Shown here piece after piece: positions 31,224 through 42,667 of a DNA stretch of 64,000 nt. The notes below the pieces were generated by a model. That model was not told the DNA's origin, did no database searches, and saw nothing but the letters and a program-made list of their open reading frames with translations. Source of the stretch: an uncultured delta proteobacterium (GTDB taxonomy: Bacteria; Desulfobacterota; Syntrophia; Syntrophales; UBA5619). The stretch spans positions 32,001 through 96,000 of the forward strand of contig CAWFOM010000009.1 in NCBI GenBank assembly GCA_963817385.1, written 5' to 3'. The position numbers and the translations under genes were made by a program. Numbering within the stretch: position 1 is the stretch's first letter; each line of letters opens with the position of its first letter.

Positions 31224-32150
31224 TCAGGACCTGCGGCCGATCAGGGCGGCGTAGAGCTCTTCATGGAGGGGCAGCGGAACGCCGAGGGAGCGCCCCGCCC
31301 GGACGGCACAACCGATGAAGAGCTCCAGTTCGGTCCGTCTCCCCTTTTCGAAGTCGAGCTGCATGGACGATTTGGTCGCCGGAGGAAAGCGCTCGACCGT
31401 CGCGATCCCGCGCTCCACGCTGTCCGGCGGAAGGCTGATCCCCTTCGCCCGGGCGAGGCGCTCGACCTCCGCCATCAACCCCCTGGCCATCGCCCTTCCC
31501 TTCGCATCCGCCATCACGTCGCCGAAGCATTGCCCCATAAGCGAAGTCACTCCGGCCATCGGGCTCACGAAGAGGTATTTTGTCCAGAGGGGAACGGCGA
31601 TATCCTGCGAGAGCTCCGCCTTGATCCCGGCCTCCTTCAGGAGCGTCTCCAGCGGCCGGTATGCCTCGCTCTTCCCGTCATCGGGACCGAAGACGAGCTG
31701 GCAGGTCCCGCCCACCTGGTGGACGACGCCGGGCGCCTCGATGAACGTGGAGATGTAGACGCAGCCGCTCAGAACCACGCCGCGGGGAATGATCGACCGG
31801 AGCCGCTCGGCGATGTCTACCCCGTTGAGGACGGGAAGGACGATCGTATGGTCATGCAGAAGCGGATCAAGACCCGCCGCGGCCGACTCCAGGTCGTACT
31901 CCTTCACGCAGAAGAGGACCAGGTCGCAGGGTCCTGCATCGGCTGCGCGGTCCGTCGCCAGATCCGGCGTTGCCCGGCACTCCCCTTCCACCGTCTTGAG
32001 CAGGAGGCCATCTTTGCGGATCGCCGCCAGGTGTTCTCCCCGGGCGATGAATGCCACCGTGTACTCCCGCGAATCGGCATATTTCCGGGCGAGTTTTCCT
32101 CCGAAATACCCACCCACACCCCCGAGACCGACCACTGCAATCTTCATCAT
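31224..32150 (-). CDS. panE: 2-dehydropantoate 2-reductase (ketopantoate reductase family)
   Basis: GLGGVGG, VKEYD, NG, W.K, SSMQLD...TELE. Confidence 0.88.
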   Translation of the reverse strand: MMKIAVVGLGGVGGYFGGKLARKYADSREYTVAFIARGEHLAAIRKDGLLLKTVEGECRATPDLATDRAADAGPCDLVLFCVKEYDLESAAAGLDPLLHDHTIVLPVLNGVDIAERLRSIIPRGVVLSGCVYISTFIEAPGVVHQVGGTCQLVFGPDDGKSEAYRPLETLLKEAGIKAELSQDIAVPLWTKYLFVSPMAGVTSLMGQCFGDVMADAKGRAMARGLMAEVERLARAKGISLPPDSVERGIATVERFPPATKSSMQLDFEKGRRTELELFIGCAVRAGRSLGVPLPLHEELYAALIGRRS

Positions 32151-32357
32151 CCAGACTCCTTTCACGTATCCCCTACGACCCGGTAAAACTTCTCACCGTC
32201 TCGGAAATGCACCCTGAAAAACCCTCTCCCCGCCGCCCCGCCAGCTTTTCCTTGCAGCATTTCCGCAAGCGGATTCTTCGTTGCGCCGGGTCGCGCCATG
32301 ATCCAATATCGAGATCTGTTTGTCAATCGTTCTTAGCAGGCGTGCGCCAGATACTTG

Positions 32358-32386
32358 TTGACATACCCAGCCGTTCTTTATATTGT
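32358..32386 (+). promoter_or_regulatory. Sigma70-type promoter for the PilZ-like gene
   Basis: TTGACA-N17-TATTGT. Confidence 0.5.
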
Positions 32387-32452
32387 TTCGCGCAACCAGA
32401 GCATGTCGCTATCTCTAACCAGGAGACCGGCGTATCAGGGCGGAAAAGAGTC

Positions 32453-33100
32453 ATGTCTGTTAAACCCGGGATTTCGGTCTCAATCAATCTTGATCCGTCA
32501 TCAGCAAGCAGGAATTCACTGAAGGCCATCATCTACGATGTCAGGGGAAAGCGTCTTGTTCTCTCCCAGACCTCACCGCCCCTTCTCCCCCCTCCTCCCA
32601 AGGGCCCCGTGGATATTTCCTATATCACCGGAAAGGGGAACTCGGCGCGACGTTTCGGCTTTTCGGCCCTGATTTCGGGATTTGGCGATGATTATGAGCT
32701 CTCTTCAGGGATGCGCGTGCCGACGATCATCGTGGAGATGAACCATGACTCGGAAGAGACAAGCCTCAGGAAGGGCTTCCGCATCCGAACGCCGAGCAGC
32801 AGCGGTCTTGCGTTGACGATTCAGGCACGCGGTTACCCGATTTTCGATATATCCCTGATGGGGGTAAATTTTATTCAGCCCGCCTTGCAGCCGCCTTTTA
32901 AGCCATCCGCCGTATTGGAATGCCGGTTGAATATCGACGGGCGGAATTACCTGCTCAAGGCACGAGTCACCCGGATCATGGAAACTGCCGCGGTCAGGCA
33001 CATTGCGGCAGTTTTTGTTAATCCGGGGAAGGATCTTCAGTCTGTCCTGAGCAGAAAAATCCTCCAGTTGGAGAGGGAAGGCCTGAACCATCGCCGCTGA
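32453..33100 (+). CDS. PilZ-domain protein (putative c-di-GMP effector)
   Basis: RxxxR (RKGFR) and DxSxxG (DISLMG) motifs. Confidence 0.72.
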   Translation: MSVKPGISVSINLDPSSASRNSLKAIIYDVRGKRLVLSQTSPPLLPPPPKGPVDISYITGKGNSARRFGFSALISGFGDDYELSSGMRVPTIIVEMNHDSEETSLRKGFRIRTPSSSGLALTIQARGYPIFDISLMGVNFIQPALQPPFKPSAVLECRLNIDGRNYLLKARVTRIMETAAVRHIAAVFVNPGKDLQSVLSRKILQLEREGLNHRR

Positions 33101-33588
33101 TCAGAAAAATCCCCGAGATCAAAACTGCAATGATATCCTAAGAACGGTTCTTTTTGACTTCCCAAAGCGCATGAACTTATAGTTCAGCCACATCCGAGGG
33201 GACCTTATTGAGGAGTGAGTTCTAGAGGAAACATCATGGGATCATGCCCTTCATGTTTGACGAGCCCAGTTTACTCTGATAAACTTGCTTCATGTCCCAC
33301 TCTTTACCCAGAGAATATCAGGATTGTTCAGCGCCGGCCTGATCATGGTCCTCATCCGTGCCAGGGACGATATCCTAAAGCACTTGATAGGTTTTCCCTC
33401 CTGATAACCGTGCAGTTGATCCTTGTTGCCTTTTACCGTAAGTTCGGCTAATCTCTCAAAGAAATTCACAATAAAGGGCTCTCGGGAGGCACCTTCCCGA
33501 AAGTGAACGGGGTGTGAAAAATCAGTTGGGGTATGGGCAGGATGGTTTCAGTACCGGTCGGGCACAATAACGAAACAAGGAGGAGCAT

Positions 33589-34095
33589 ATGATCCCACAA
33601 ATCAAGAAAATACTCTATACCACCGATCTCAGTAAGAACTCCGCTTACGCTTTCTTCTATGCAGTAGAGATGGCCAAAAAATATGACGCCACCATTCTTA
33701 TCGTGCACGTCGTCGAGCCCATTCCTCATGTCTATACGGAAGGAGGCACTGGCCTGCTGAGGAGAATCGAAAAACAGCAGCAGGAGACGGACACTGCAGA
33801 CATTAAAAAACGGGTTCAGGAATTTTGCACGAAAGTAGAGAACCAAGTCGGCTTCGCCTGCACTGCACTGGTATCCAAAATCCTCGTTCCTCTGGGCTAC
33901 CCGGTGGAAGAGATTTTGAAGGCAGCGGATGACGAAGGGTGCGATGCGATCATCCTGGGAACTCATGGAAAAGGGTTTTTGCGGCAGACCTTTCTGGGGA
34001 GTGTGTCCGTTTCGGTCTTGGAACGGACCCGGAAACCGGTCTTCATTATACCGTTGCCCTCCGAAAAAACAAAGATCGATTGGGATAAGATTTGA
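33589..34095 (+). CDS. Universal stress protein
   Basis: KKILYTTDLS, G.P.EEIL, ILGTHGKG...LGSVS. Confidence 0.92.
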   Translation: MIPQIKKILYTTDLSKNSAYAFFYAVEMAKKYDATILIVHVVEPIPHVYTEGGTGLLRRIEKQQQETDTADIKKRVQEFCTKVENQVGFACTALVSKILVPLGYPVEEILKAADDEGCDAIILGTHGKGFLRQTFLGSVSVSVLERTRKPVFIIPLPSEKTKIDWDKI

Positions 34096-34262
34096 CGCTG
34101 AAGCCATTGTGCGATACGATGCCATTGATCGCGCCGCTGCCGGAAAATACCTGGTCCGCGCCGCACAGCGCCCGCAAGGCACGAAAGCGGCGATCCGACA
34201 CGCAACGGCGAGAAGCGGCCGTACCCGTATAATCCATCCAACAGACCAGGAGTGAGGACGAC

Positions 34263-34388
34263 GTGCGCCAAAAAACACCGGGGGTGATCGGTCTGGATTC
34301 GATGGGCTACGGCGCCGTCATCAAGTTCTCCTCGGCTCTTACCGACATCGCGCTGCCTGCCACTACCGCAGAAAAGGAGGCCGAGTGA
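34263..34388 (+). pseudogene. Internally deleted relic of an L-threonate dehydrogenase (LtnD/3-HIBDH family)
   Basis: 41-aa ORF VRQKTPGVIGLDSMGYG|AVIKFSSALTDIALP... joins an N-terminal Rossmann motif to a C-terminal AVIK tail. GTGA overlap with otnK. Confidence 0.55.
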
Positions 34389-35641
34389 TCCTGGGCGTCA
34401 TTGCCGATGACTTCACCGGCGCTACCGACGTGGCCAGCATGCTGGTTCGGGCAGGCCTGCGCACGGTGCAGGTGATCGGCGTACCCCGGGGTCCGGCGCC
34501 CGAAGCGGACGCGTTGGTGGTGGCGCTGAAGTCACGCACTACGCCGGCGAGCGATGCCGTGCGTGAGTCGCTTGCCGCACTCGACTGGCTCCGCAGAGCC
34601 GGCGCCCGCCGGTTTTACTTCAAGTATTGCTCGACCTTCGACTCGACGCCGCTCGGCAATATCGGTCCGGTGGCCGAGGCGCTCATGGAGGCTCTGGGCA
34701 GCGACTTCTCCATCGCCTGCCCTGCGTTTCCGGAAAACGGCCGGACGGTGTTTCACGGCCACCTGTTCGTCGGCGACCAACTACTGTCGGACTCGGGCAT
34801 GCGCGACCATCCTCTAACGCCGATGACCGATGCCAACCTCGTGCGCGTGCTGCAGGCGCAGTCGCGCGGCCGGGTCGGCCTCGTGCGCCGCGAGGACGTG
34901 AAGCGGGGACCCGAAGCCATCCGGGCTTGCTTTGCGCAACTGCGCACCGACGGCGTGAGACTCGCCGTCGTCGATGCGATCGCCGATGACGACCTGATCG
35001 CGATCGGCGCGGCCTGCGCAGACATGCCGCTGATTACCGCCGGTTCGGGCGTGGCGCTCGGCCTCCCTCCGGTCTACGCCCAACGCGGCTGGGTGCAGCC
35101 GGACGCTCAGGCGGCTCAACTGCCCGCCGTGGGCGGAGCGGCAGCGGTGCTGTCGGGTTCCTGCTCGATGGCCACCAACGCCCAGGTGCGGCACTGGCTC
35201 ACCGGCGGCCGCCCCGGCTTTCGCATCGACCCGCGGCGGCTGGCCGCAGGCGAGCCTTCGGCCGAGCAGGCGCTGGCCTGGGCGCTCCCGCAACTCGCCG
35301 AGCGGGCGGTGCTGATCTACGCAACCGCTGAGCCCGATGAACTGCACGTCATCCAGGCGGAACTGGGAGCCGAGCGCGCCGGATATCTCGTGGAAGAGTG
35401 CATGGCGGGGATCGCACAGGGGCTGGTCGAAGCCGGCGTGCGGCGATTGGTGGCGGCCGGCGGCGAGACCTCCGGCGCAGTGGTGCAGGCGCTCGGCGTG
35501 AGCCAGCTGCGCATCGGCGCCGCCATCGATCCCGGTGTGCCATGGACGCAGGCGGAAGGCCGATCTCTGTTGATGGCCCTGAAGTCGGGCAACTTCGGCA
35601 GCATCGATTTTTTCAGCAAGGCATTGGCGCAGGTGCGGTAA
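34385..35641 (+). CDS. otnK: 3-oxo-tetronate kinase (DUF1537 family)
   Basis: IADDFTGATD, FKYCSTFDST..GNIGP, HPLTPMTDANL, GGETSG, PGVPW, LKSGNFG. Confidence 0.9.
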   Translation: MILGVIADDFTGATDVASMLVRAGLRTVQVIGVPRGPAPEADALVVALKSRTTPASDAVRESLAALDWLRRAGARRFYFKYCSTFDSTPLGNIGPVAEALMEALGSDFSIACPAFPENGRTVFHGHLFVGDQLLSDSGMRDHPLTPMTDANLVRVLQAQSRGRVGLVRREDVKRGPEAIRACFAQLRTDGVRLAVVDAIADDDLIAIGAACADMPLITAGSGVALGLPPVYAQRGWVQPDAQAAQLPAVGGAAAVLSGSCSMATNAQVRHWLTGGRPGFRIDPRRLAAGEPSAEQALAWALPQLAERAVLIYATAEPDELHVIQAELGAERAGYLVEECMAGIAQGLVEAGVRRLVAAGGETSGAVVQALGVSQLRIGAAIDPGVPWTQAEGRSLLMALKSGNFGSIDFFSKALAQVR

Positions 35642-35793
35642 ACGGATGGCCCGCAACACATCCCTGCGGGCAGCAATATCCGGTGTCAACCGGAGGTTAA
35701 TATTTTTCTCCATCCATCTATGATCGGCAGCAAGAGTAGGAACAGCCATCTTTTCAGCCCCCCGAGGGGAAAACCATGGGAGGTAATGCAACC

Positions 35794-36168
35794 ATGCCCA
35801 CGCCCATCAGAATAACCGCCGGAATGATCACGGTCATGGCGGAGTTGAGCGATACGCCCCTGGCCAAGACGGTCGCCGCAAAACTCCCCATCGAGACGGA
35901 ACCCAACGAATGGGGCGATGAGTTCTACTTCGGGATCCCCGTCCGGTCGGGTCTCGACGAGACAGCCACCAAGAGGGTCAAGGTCGGCGACATCGGCTTC
36001 TGGCCGCCGGGAAACGCGATGGCCATCTTCTTCGGTCCGACGCCGATGAGCAGCGGCGACGATCCCGTCCCGGCGAGCGAGGTCTGCCTGCTCGGCCGGA
36101 TCACCGGCGACGCGATCCTCCTGAAAAAGGCGAGCGGCGCCCGGAAGATCCGTATCGAAAAAGCGTAA
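35794..36168 (+). CDS. Cyclophilin-like fold protein (DUF369 type)
   Basis: WGDEFYF, GDIGFWPPG.A.AIFFGPTP.S. Confidence 0.85.
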   Translation: MPTPIRITAGMITVMAELSDTPLAKTVAAKLPIETEPNEWGDEFYFGIPVRSGLDETATKRVKVGDIGFWPPGNAMAIFFGPTPMSSGDDPVPASEVCLLGRITGDAILLKKASGARKIRIEKA

Positions 36169-36245
36169 TCGAAGAGGATTCGCTCCGATAATTCGCGCCG
36201 CCGGGAGTCCACTGCTGCACCCGACGCCAAACGTTTCGGATACCG

Positions 36246-37418
36246 CTACGGCGAGAGTGAGTGGGGAAGGCAATCGGCCTTCTCCGCACAGCCCTGCCGC
36301 GGCGCACCCTCCAGGGCTGCAAGGATCTCCTCCCGGACCGGGGCGCTGCTGCCGGGAAGAAACGCATCCAGCGCTGCCTTCGCCGCAGGGTTCCCGATCC
36401 GGCCGAGCGCCCAGGCGATCATCGCCGCTGTCCGATCATCGTCGTTTTCCCGAAAGGCCCTCACCAGATCGGGGACATATGCCTCATCCCGGGTGTTTCC
36501 CATCGCCCGGGCCACATTCGCCTTCCAGCGCCAGAGGTCGGCGTCGGACATGTAGAACATGTGCGGCCAGATATGCTCGGTAAAATAGGCCTTGTCCATA
36601 TGGAGAAGCCGCTCCAGGCGAAACGCATCGACCATCCCCGCCGTCTTTTGATTCATCGCAAGCTCGCGGGCAAGCCAGGGGGCATTCCGGGGGCAGACGT
36701 TCTGGCACCGATCACACCCGTATACGCAGAGCCCCATCGGCTCCCTGAGTTCCCGCGGGGTCAGCGCGTCTCCGAAATAGGTGAGGTAGGAGATGCACCG
36801 GCGTGGATCGATCCGCCGCGGCCCCTGCAGCGCTCCCGTGGGACAGGCGGCAATGCAGGCGTTGCGGCACCAGTCGGGGCAGCCGACCGAGAGGGTGGGT
36901 TCATCCGGCGTAAAGGCCTGATCGACGACCAGGGCGATGGGGGTGACCCACGACCCGCCGGCGGCCGCCTTCCGGGAATAGAAGAGGCAGTTCTTGCCGA
37001 ATGTTCCCAGGCCCGCCCGCGCCGCCGCCAGACGGTGGGGCAGATGGAAAGGTACCTTGGAATCGACCCCGCCGTCCCGAAGAAAAGAGCGGAAGGCCTT
37101 GACCCTCTTCCCCAGGCGGTTCCCGATCATCCGGTCGTCATCGAGATAGCAGCGGCCGAAATGGCGCTCCAGCGACGGGGGGAAGGCCTCCCGGAAATAG
37201 GCCTCCACCAGGACAATGATCGACTTCGCTCCGGGGAGGACGGTCTGCGGATCCGTCCCGGCGATCAGGTCGAGACCCGAGCGAATCGCCCAGCCGTACT
37301 CCTCCCGCCGCTGTTCGAGGAGCTCCCGTTGGGATGCGAAGGGCTCCGCCGTGGCGACACCCGCATCCTCGAAACCGCAATCATAAGCTTTTTTGATTAT
37401 CTCTTCTTTACTCAGCAT
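36246..37418 (-). CDS. Epoxyqueuosine reductase (QueG)-like Fe-S protein with HEAT-like tail
   Basis: AARAGLG.FGKN, C..WC..ACI.ACPTGA, CISYLT, YGCDRCQNVCP. Confidence 0.8.
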   Translation of the reverse strand: MLSKEEIIKKAYDCGFEDAGVATAEPFASQRELLEQRREEYGWAIRSGLDLIAGTDPQTVLPGAKSIIVLVEAYFREAFPPSLERHFGRCYLDDDRMIGNRLGKRVKAFRSFLRDGGVDSKVPFHLPHRLAAARAGLGTFGKNCLFYSRKAAAGGSWVTPIALVVDQAFTPDEPTLSVGCPDWCRNACIAACPTGALQGPRRIDPRRCISYLTYFGDALTPRELREPMGLCVYGCDRCQNVCPRNAPWLARELAMNQKTAGMVDAFRLERLLHMDKAYFTEHIWPHMFYMSDADLWRWKANVARAMGNTRDEAYVPDLVRAFRENDDDRTAAMIAWALGRIGNPAAKAALDAFLPGSSAPVREEILAALEGAPRQGCAEKADCLPHSLSP

Positions 37419-37470
37419 CCGTCCCCTCCCTCTTTTGTCATCAGACATCCTCTGAACTACTACGCCCTGC

Positions 37471-38214
37471 CTATACTTCCACCCAGGACGGAACCTCCTT
37501 CCAGCCTTCGCGCATCCGTTTATTTATCGCCTTGTATGCCGGTTCAAAACCGCCGAGCATCGCCCAAAACCGGGGGGAATGGTTCATCAGGACCGTATGA
37601 CACAATTCGTGCATGAGGACGCAGCGGACGGCATCGCGATCGAGGAAGAGCAGTTTGAAACTGAGGCTGATCGTTCCCCGGGACGAGCAGCTCGCCCAGC
37701 GCGTCTTCTGCCCCCGGATCACTACTTCGCCGAACGTGAAGCCGTTCTTTTCGGCGAGACGGGCGAGCAGGGGGACCAGCTCCTCCCGTGTCCTGCGCTG
37801 CAGCCATAACTTCAGCACGCCCCGGCAGGCCTCACGGTCACGAACGGCGCCGTAGACGACGATCCGCCCCGGTTGATCAACGATCACCCCGACCATCCGC
37901 GTCTTCGCCGGCTGGTAGTCAACCTCCCACGACTCCCCGAGGGCCGGAAGCTCGATCTTCTCCGGAAGCTCAGAGGCCGGCTCCCGGGCGCCGGCCACCG
38001 AAATATCCGCCAATCGCCTGCGGTGGGTCTCGATCCATCCTCTCTTTTGCTCCACGATCGCCGGAATCCTGCGGAGGTTGAAATTCAGGGGCACAACCAC
38101 CGTAAGGCCGTCCTTCGCGGAGAGGTGCAGACGCACATTTCTCGCCCGTGCGGATGTTCGTATCCGGTAATCGACGCCCTTCCCCTGATTCGATGCGGCG
38201 CAGCTAGTTACCAC
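37471..38214 (-). CDS. M48/DUF45 (YgjP-like) zinc metallopeptidase
   Basis: QKTRWASCS, HELCH...NHS.RFW. Confidence 0.88.
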   Translation of the reverse strand: MVTSCAASNQGKGVDYRIRTSARARNVRLHLSAKDGLTVVVPLNFNLRRIPAIVEQKRGWIETHRRRLADISVAGAREPASELPEKIELPALGESWEVDYQPAKTRMVGVIVDQPGRIVVYGAVRDREACRGVLKLWLQRRTREELVPLLARLAEKNGFTFGEVVIRGQKTRWASCSSRGTISLSFKLLFLDRDAVRCVLMHELCHTVLMNHSPRFWAMLGGFEPAYKAINKRMREGWKEVPSWVEV

Positions 38215-38440
38215 TTGAGCACCATCTTTCGAGCCTCACCCCCGCAGCCTGCCGATTCGGGAAAAACCGGGGAGCAGGGCCTGATTCTTGGTTATCGTTT
38301 GACAGACAACATATCTTATGTCAAGGTCTTGCGCAATCGGTAAACGGGAAGCGATAGTGATGGGAGACGGCCGTTCGGCGGTCTCCGCAGAGACCCTGAC
38401 AAGTGTACCCTTGGTGATCAATTCGTGGAGGTGCATCTTT

Positions 38441-39226
38441 TTGAAAGCTTCGGATATCTGTCGGAGATTGCGGATGCTTGGCGATAGAGAAAAAGCACGG
38501 GTACTGCAACGGTTCTTCAAAACAGCCCCCGGTGAATACGGTGCAGGAGATCTATTTGTCGGTCTCCGTGTTCCCGAGATAAGGAAATTAGCCAAAGACT
38601 ACCGGGCGCTCCCTTTTGCAGAGCTAATCCAATTACTCCACTCCCCCCTCCATGAAGCAAGAATGCTGGCGCTTGTTATTTTAGTTCGCACCTACGCAGA
38701 CGGAGATGATCCTCTTCAAGAGCGAATTTACCATCTGTACCTTCAGAATACTCGGTTTATCAATAACTGGGACCTCGTCGATGCCTCGGCTGCACCCATT
38801 GTCGGCGCCTATTTGCAATATCGCAGCAGATCCCCCCTCCATGTGTTGGCAGTATCACCCCTGCTCTGGGAAAGAAGAATTTCCATCATGGCGACATTTC
38901 ACTACATAAAATGCGGAGAATTTGCCGAGACATTGCATATCGCACAGCTTTTGCTCAGGGATCCGGAAGATCTCATCCATAAAGCCGTTGGTTGGATGCT
39001 TCGGGAGATAGGTAAGCGTGATCACCTTACCGAAGAAGCGTTTCTCAAATCCCACTACAAAACCATGCCGCGGACTATGCTCCGGTATGCGATAGAGAAA
39101 TTTCCCGAGAAGTTGAGGCAGCGGTATTTGCATGGAGAAATCCCGAAATTGAAACAGGCATTACCGCAGTGGCCTCACAAGTACACGCACGCATGGGGGC
39201 ACGGGCTTTGTCCGCGCCGCCGATGA
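38441..39226 (+). CDS. DNA alkylation repair protein (AlkD-like); start uncertain
   Basis: FFKT.PGEYG.GD.F.G, NNWDLVD, LIHKAVGWMLRE.GKR, MPRTMLRYAIE. Confidence 0.88.
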   Translation: MKASDICRRLRMLGDREKARVLQRFFKTAPGEYGAGDLFVGLRVPEIRKLAKDYRALPFAELIQLLHSPLHEARMLALVILVRTYADGDDPLQERIYHLYLQNTRFINNWDLVDASAAPIVGAYLQYRSRSPLHVLAVSPLLWERRISIMATFHYIKCGEFAETLHIAQLLLRDPEDLIHKAVGWMLREIGKRDHLTEEAFLKSHYKTMPRTMLRYAIEKFPEKLRQRYLHGEIPKLKQALPQWPHKYTHAWGHGLCPRRR

Positions 39227-39277
39227 CAGGCGGTTGGGCGGCCTGAGAAAAGCTATCATGATCTGTCATCTCGACGT

Positions 39278-39844
39278 ATGCTGAATCCACCGCGGCCAAG
39301 CCGGACGGAGTTACTCGCTGCAGCCGGCAAGACTGTTCGCGACGTGATTGCGCCCGGATTGCAGGTGCTGTTCTGCGGCATCAATCCGGGATTGTATTCC
39401 GGCGCGACCGGCCACCATTTCGCTCGTCCCGGGAATCGCTTTTGGCCCACGTTATATCACGCGGGCTTCACCCGGCGTCTGCTCACACCGGCCGAAGAGC
39501 AAGAACTTTTGCATTACGGCTGCGGCATTACCAACTTGGTCGCGCGGGCGACGGCCAGAGCAGAGGAGTTAGGCCCGGAAGAATTGATTGCCGGGAGGCG
39601 ACGGCTGTCCGCCAAAGTCAACCGCTATCAGCCGAACGTATTGGCAGTGCTGGGTATCAACGCCTATCGAACCGCCTTTGCCCGCCCCAAGGCAACCCTG
39701 GGACAGCAACCTGAATTCTTCGCCGGGGCGATCGTGTGGGTGCTGCCCAATCCAAGCGGCTTAAATGCGCACTATCAACTGATTGCGTTGATTTCTGTCT
39801 TTCGCACGTTGCGCCAGTCCTTGCAGCGCGACGAGAGCCCTTAG
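39278..39844 (+). CDS. mug: G/U mismatch-specific DNA glycosylase
   Basis: GINPG, HHFARPGNRFW, LPNPSGLN. Confidence 0.93.
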   Translation: MLNPPRPSRTELLAAAGKTVRDVIAPGLQVLFCGINPGLYSGATGHHFARPGNRFWPTLYHAGFTRRLLTPAEEQELLHYGCGITNLVARATARAEELGPEELIAGRRRLSAKVNRYQPNVLAVLGINAYRTAFARPKATLGQQPEFFAGAIVWVLPNPSGLNAHYQLIALISVFRTLRQSLQRDESP

Positions 39845-39853
39845 CAATACTAC

Positions 39854-42667
39854 TCACCTTGGCAGGATCCTGCGGAGAAACTGGCCGGTATAGGAGCCCT
39901 CGACCCGGGCGACCTCTTCGGGCGTCCCGGAGGCGATGATCCGGCCGCCGCCCGGCCCTCCTTCGGGCCCCAGGTCGATGAGGTAGTCGGCGGACTTGAT
40001 CACGTCGAGGTTGTGCTCGATGACGACGATGGTGTTCCCCATCCCGACGAGGCGCATCAGGACGTCGAGGAGCTTCTGGATGTCGGCGAAGTGAAGGCCG
40101 ATCGTCGGCTCGTCGAGGACGTAGAGCGTGTTGCTGTTCGTCCGCTTCCCCAGCTCCCGGGAGAGCTTGATCCGCTGCGCCTCGCCCCCCGAGAGAGTCG
40201 TCGCCGACTGGCCGAGGCGGATGTAGCCCAGGCCGACGTCATGCAGAAGCTGGAGCTTCCCGCGAATCGGCGGGATGTTCTCGAAGAAGACGAGGGCCTG
40301 CTCCACGGTCATATCGAGAACCTCCGCGATGTTTTTGTCCTTATAGCGCACCTCGAGGGTGTCCCGGTTGAACCGGTGGCCGTGGCAGACGTCGCAGGTG
40401 ACGTAGACATCCGGAAGGAAGTGCATCTCGATCTTGATCAGGCCGTTCCCCTCGCACGCCTCGCAGCGCCCCCCCTTCACGTTGAAGCTGAACCGGCCCG
40501 GCTTGTAACCTCGAAGCCTTGATTCGGGGAGTCCCGTGAAAAGGTCCCGGATATGGGAAAAAACGCCGGTGTAGGTGACGGGATTCGAGCGGGGCGTCCG
40601 CCCGATGGGCTGCTGGTTCATCAGAATGATCCGCTCGATGCCGCCCAGATCGCCGATACGGCGGATTTTTCCGCCGCCCCCCTTCTCCTGGTTGAGCCGC
40701 CGGGAGAGCGCCTTGTAGAGAGTCTCGATCACCATCGTGCTCTTCCCCGAACCGGAGACCCCGGTCACCGCGGTGAAGACCCCGACAGGAATCCGGATGT
40801 CGATCTCCCGGAGGTTGTGCTCGTGCGCCCCCTCCAGGACGATGAACCGCCCCGAAACCTGCCGCCGCTTTTCGGGGACGGCGATGGCCTTTCGGCCCGA
40901 GAGGTAGGCCCCCGTGAGCGAGACGTCGCTTGCGCAGATCTCCGCCGGCGTCCCCTGGAAGACGACCTCGCCCCCGTGCACCCCGGCCCCCGGCCCGATG
41001 TCGATGATCTGGTCCGACTCCATCATCATGTCCTGGTCGTGCTCCACGACGAGGACGGTGTTTCCCATATCCCGCAGGCGCTTAAGGGTGGCGATGAGGC
41101 GGACGTTGTCCCGCTGGTGGAGGCCGACGGTCGGCTCGTCGAGGACATACAGGACGCCGACCAGCCCCGAGCCGATCTGGGTCGCGAGCCTGATCCGCTG
41201 GCCCTCTCCGCCGGAGAGGCTCCCCGACGACCGTTCGAGGCTCAGGTAGTCCATGCCGACGTCGAGGAGGAAGCGGAGGCGCTGACGGATCTCCTTCATC
41301 ACCCGCTCCGTCACCTGCATCTCCTGCGGGGTAAGGGGGATCGCCATGATAAAGGCGAGGCACTCCCGGATCGGCATCCGGCAGACCTCGTAGATATTCT
41401 TCCCCCCGACGGTGATGGAGAGGCTCTCCTTCTTCAGCCGGGCGCCCTGGCAGGTCGGGCACTCCCGCAGGTTGATGTACCGTGAGAGGTCCATGCGGAC
41501 ATGCAGCGAGGTCGTCTCCTTGTACCGCCGGTCGAGCTGGTTCAGGACCCCCTCGAAGGACCGGGTATGGAAAAACCGCCGCCCGCCCCGGTCGGCGTAA
41601 AAACGGATCTTCTCATCGCCCGATCCGCGGAGGAGGACGTTCCGGATGGCCTCGGGGAGCTTTTCGAACGGCGTGTTGATGTCGAAGCCGTAATGTTCGG
41701 CCAGGGCATCGATCGTCTGGAAGTAGTGGAGCGAGTGGCGGCCCGACCAGGGGATGATCGCCCCCTCCCGGATGGAAAGCCCCCCGTCGGGGACGACGAG
41801 CTCCTCGTCGAAATACATCCGGGTGCCCAGCCCCCCGCAGTCCGGGCAGGCCCCGTAGGGACTGTTGAAGGAGAACATCCGGGGGGCGAGTTCCGTAATG
41901 CTGACGCCGCAGTCCGGGCAGGCGTAGAGCTCGCTGAAGAGAACCTCCTCTCCGCCGGTTACGGCGACGCGGACCAGGCCGTCGGAGAGCGCCGCGGCGG
42001 TCTCCAGGGAGTCGCGCAGTCGCTTGCGGATCCCCTCCTTGACGATCAGACGGTCGATCACCACGTCGATGTCATGTCGTCTGTTCTTGTCGAGGGTGAT
42101 CTCCTCGGCGAGCTCCCGGACCTCGCCGTCCACGCGGACGCGGACGTATCCCTCCTTCAGGAGTTTCCTGAGCTCCTTCTGGAACTCCCCTTTCTTCCCC
42201 CGGGCGACCGGGGCGAGGATCGATAGCCGCGAATTCTCTGGGTAGGCGAGGATCGTCTCCAGCATCGCATCGATCGACTGGGATTTGATCTCCTTCCCGC
42301 ACTTGTGGCAGTGGGGAACCCCGATCCGGGCGAAGAGGAGACGGAGGTAGTCGTAGATCTCCGTCACCGTACCCACGGTGGAGCGGGGGTTGTGGGCGGC
42401 CGCCCGCTGCTCGATGGCGATCGCCGGAGAGAGTCCCTCGATGGACTCCACGTCCGGCTTATCCATCTGCCCGATGAACTGCCGGGCGTAGGTGGACAGC
42501 GACTCCACATAGCGCCGCTGCCCCTCGGCGTAGATCGTGTCAAAGGCGAGGGACGACTTCCCCGAACCGGAGACGCCGGTGATAACGACCAGTCGGTCCC
42601 GCGGGATGTCAAGATTGATGTTCTTGAGGTTGTGCTGCGCTGCGCCCTTTATCTTGATCGTATTCAT
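39854..42667 (-). CDS. uvrA: Excinuclease ABC subunit A
   Basis: Two ABC ATPase domains (GVSGSGKS twice, LSGGE.QR), Zn fingers. Confidence 0.98.
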   Translation of the reverse strand: MNTIKIKGAAQHNLKNINLDIPRDRLVVITGVSGSGKSSLAFDTIYAEGQRRYVESLSTYARQFIGQMDKPDVESIEGLSPAIAIEQRAAAHNPRSTVGTVTEIYDYLRLLFARIGVPHCHKCGKEIKSQSIDAMLETILAYPENSRLSILAPVARGKKGEFQKELRKLLKEGYVRVRVDGEVRELAEEITLDKNRRHDIDVVIDRLIVKEGIRKRLRDSLETAAALSDGLVRVAVTGGEEVLFSELYACPDCGVSITELAPRMFSFNSPYGACPDCGGLGTRMYFDEELVVPDGGLSIREGAIIPWSGRHSLHYFQTIDALAEHYGFDINTPFEKLPEAIRNVLLRGSGDEKIRFYADRGGRRFFHTRSFEGVLNQLDRRYKETTSLHVRMDLSRYINLRECPTCQGARLKKESLSITVGGKNIYEVCRMPIRECLAFIMAIPLTPQEMQVTERVMKEIRQRLRFLLDVGMDYLSLERSSGSLSGGEGQRIRLATQIGSGLVGVLYVLDEPTVGLHQRDNVRLIATLKRLRDMGNTVLVVEHDQDMMMESDQIIDIGPGAGVHGGEVVFQGTPAEICASDVSLTGAYLSGRKAIAVPEKRRQVSGRFIVLEGAHEHNLREIDIRIPVGVFTAVTGVSGSGKSTMVIETLYKALSRRLNQEKGGGGKIRRIGDLGGIERIILMNQQPIGRTPRSNPVTYTGVFSHIRDLFTGLPESRLRGYKPGRFSFNVKGGRCEACEGNGLIKIEMHFLPDVYVTCDVCHGHRFNRDTLEVRYKDKNIAEVLDMTVEQALVFFENIPPIRGKLQLLHDVGLGYIRLGQSATTLSGGEAQRIKLSRELGKRTNSNTLYVLDEPTIGLHFADIQKLLDVLMRLVGMGNTIVVIEHNLDVIKSADYLIDLGPEGGPGGGRIIASGTPEEVARVEGSYTGQFLRRILPR

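Noticed and set aside
33120..33560. Small ORFs or riboswitch upstream of the USP gene
   Set aside because: No recognisable protein motif or riboswitch consensus found by eye.
35646..35690. Possible N-terminal remnant of otnC after otnK (MARNTSLRAAI)
   Set aside because: Too short and too weak to support.
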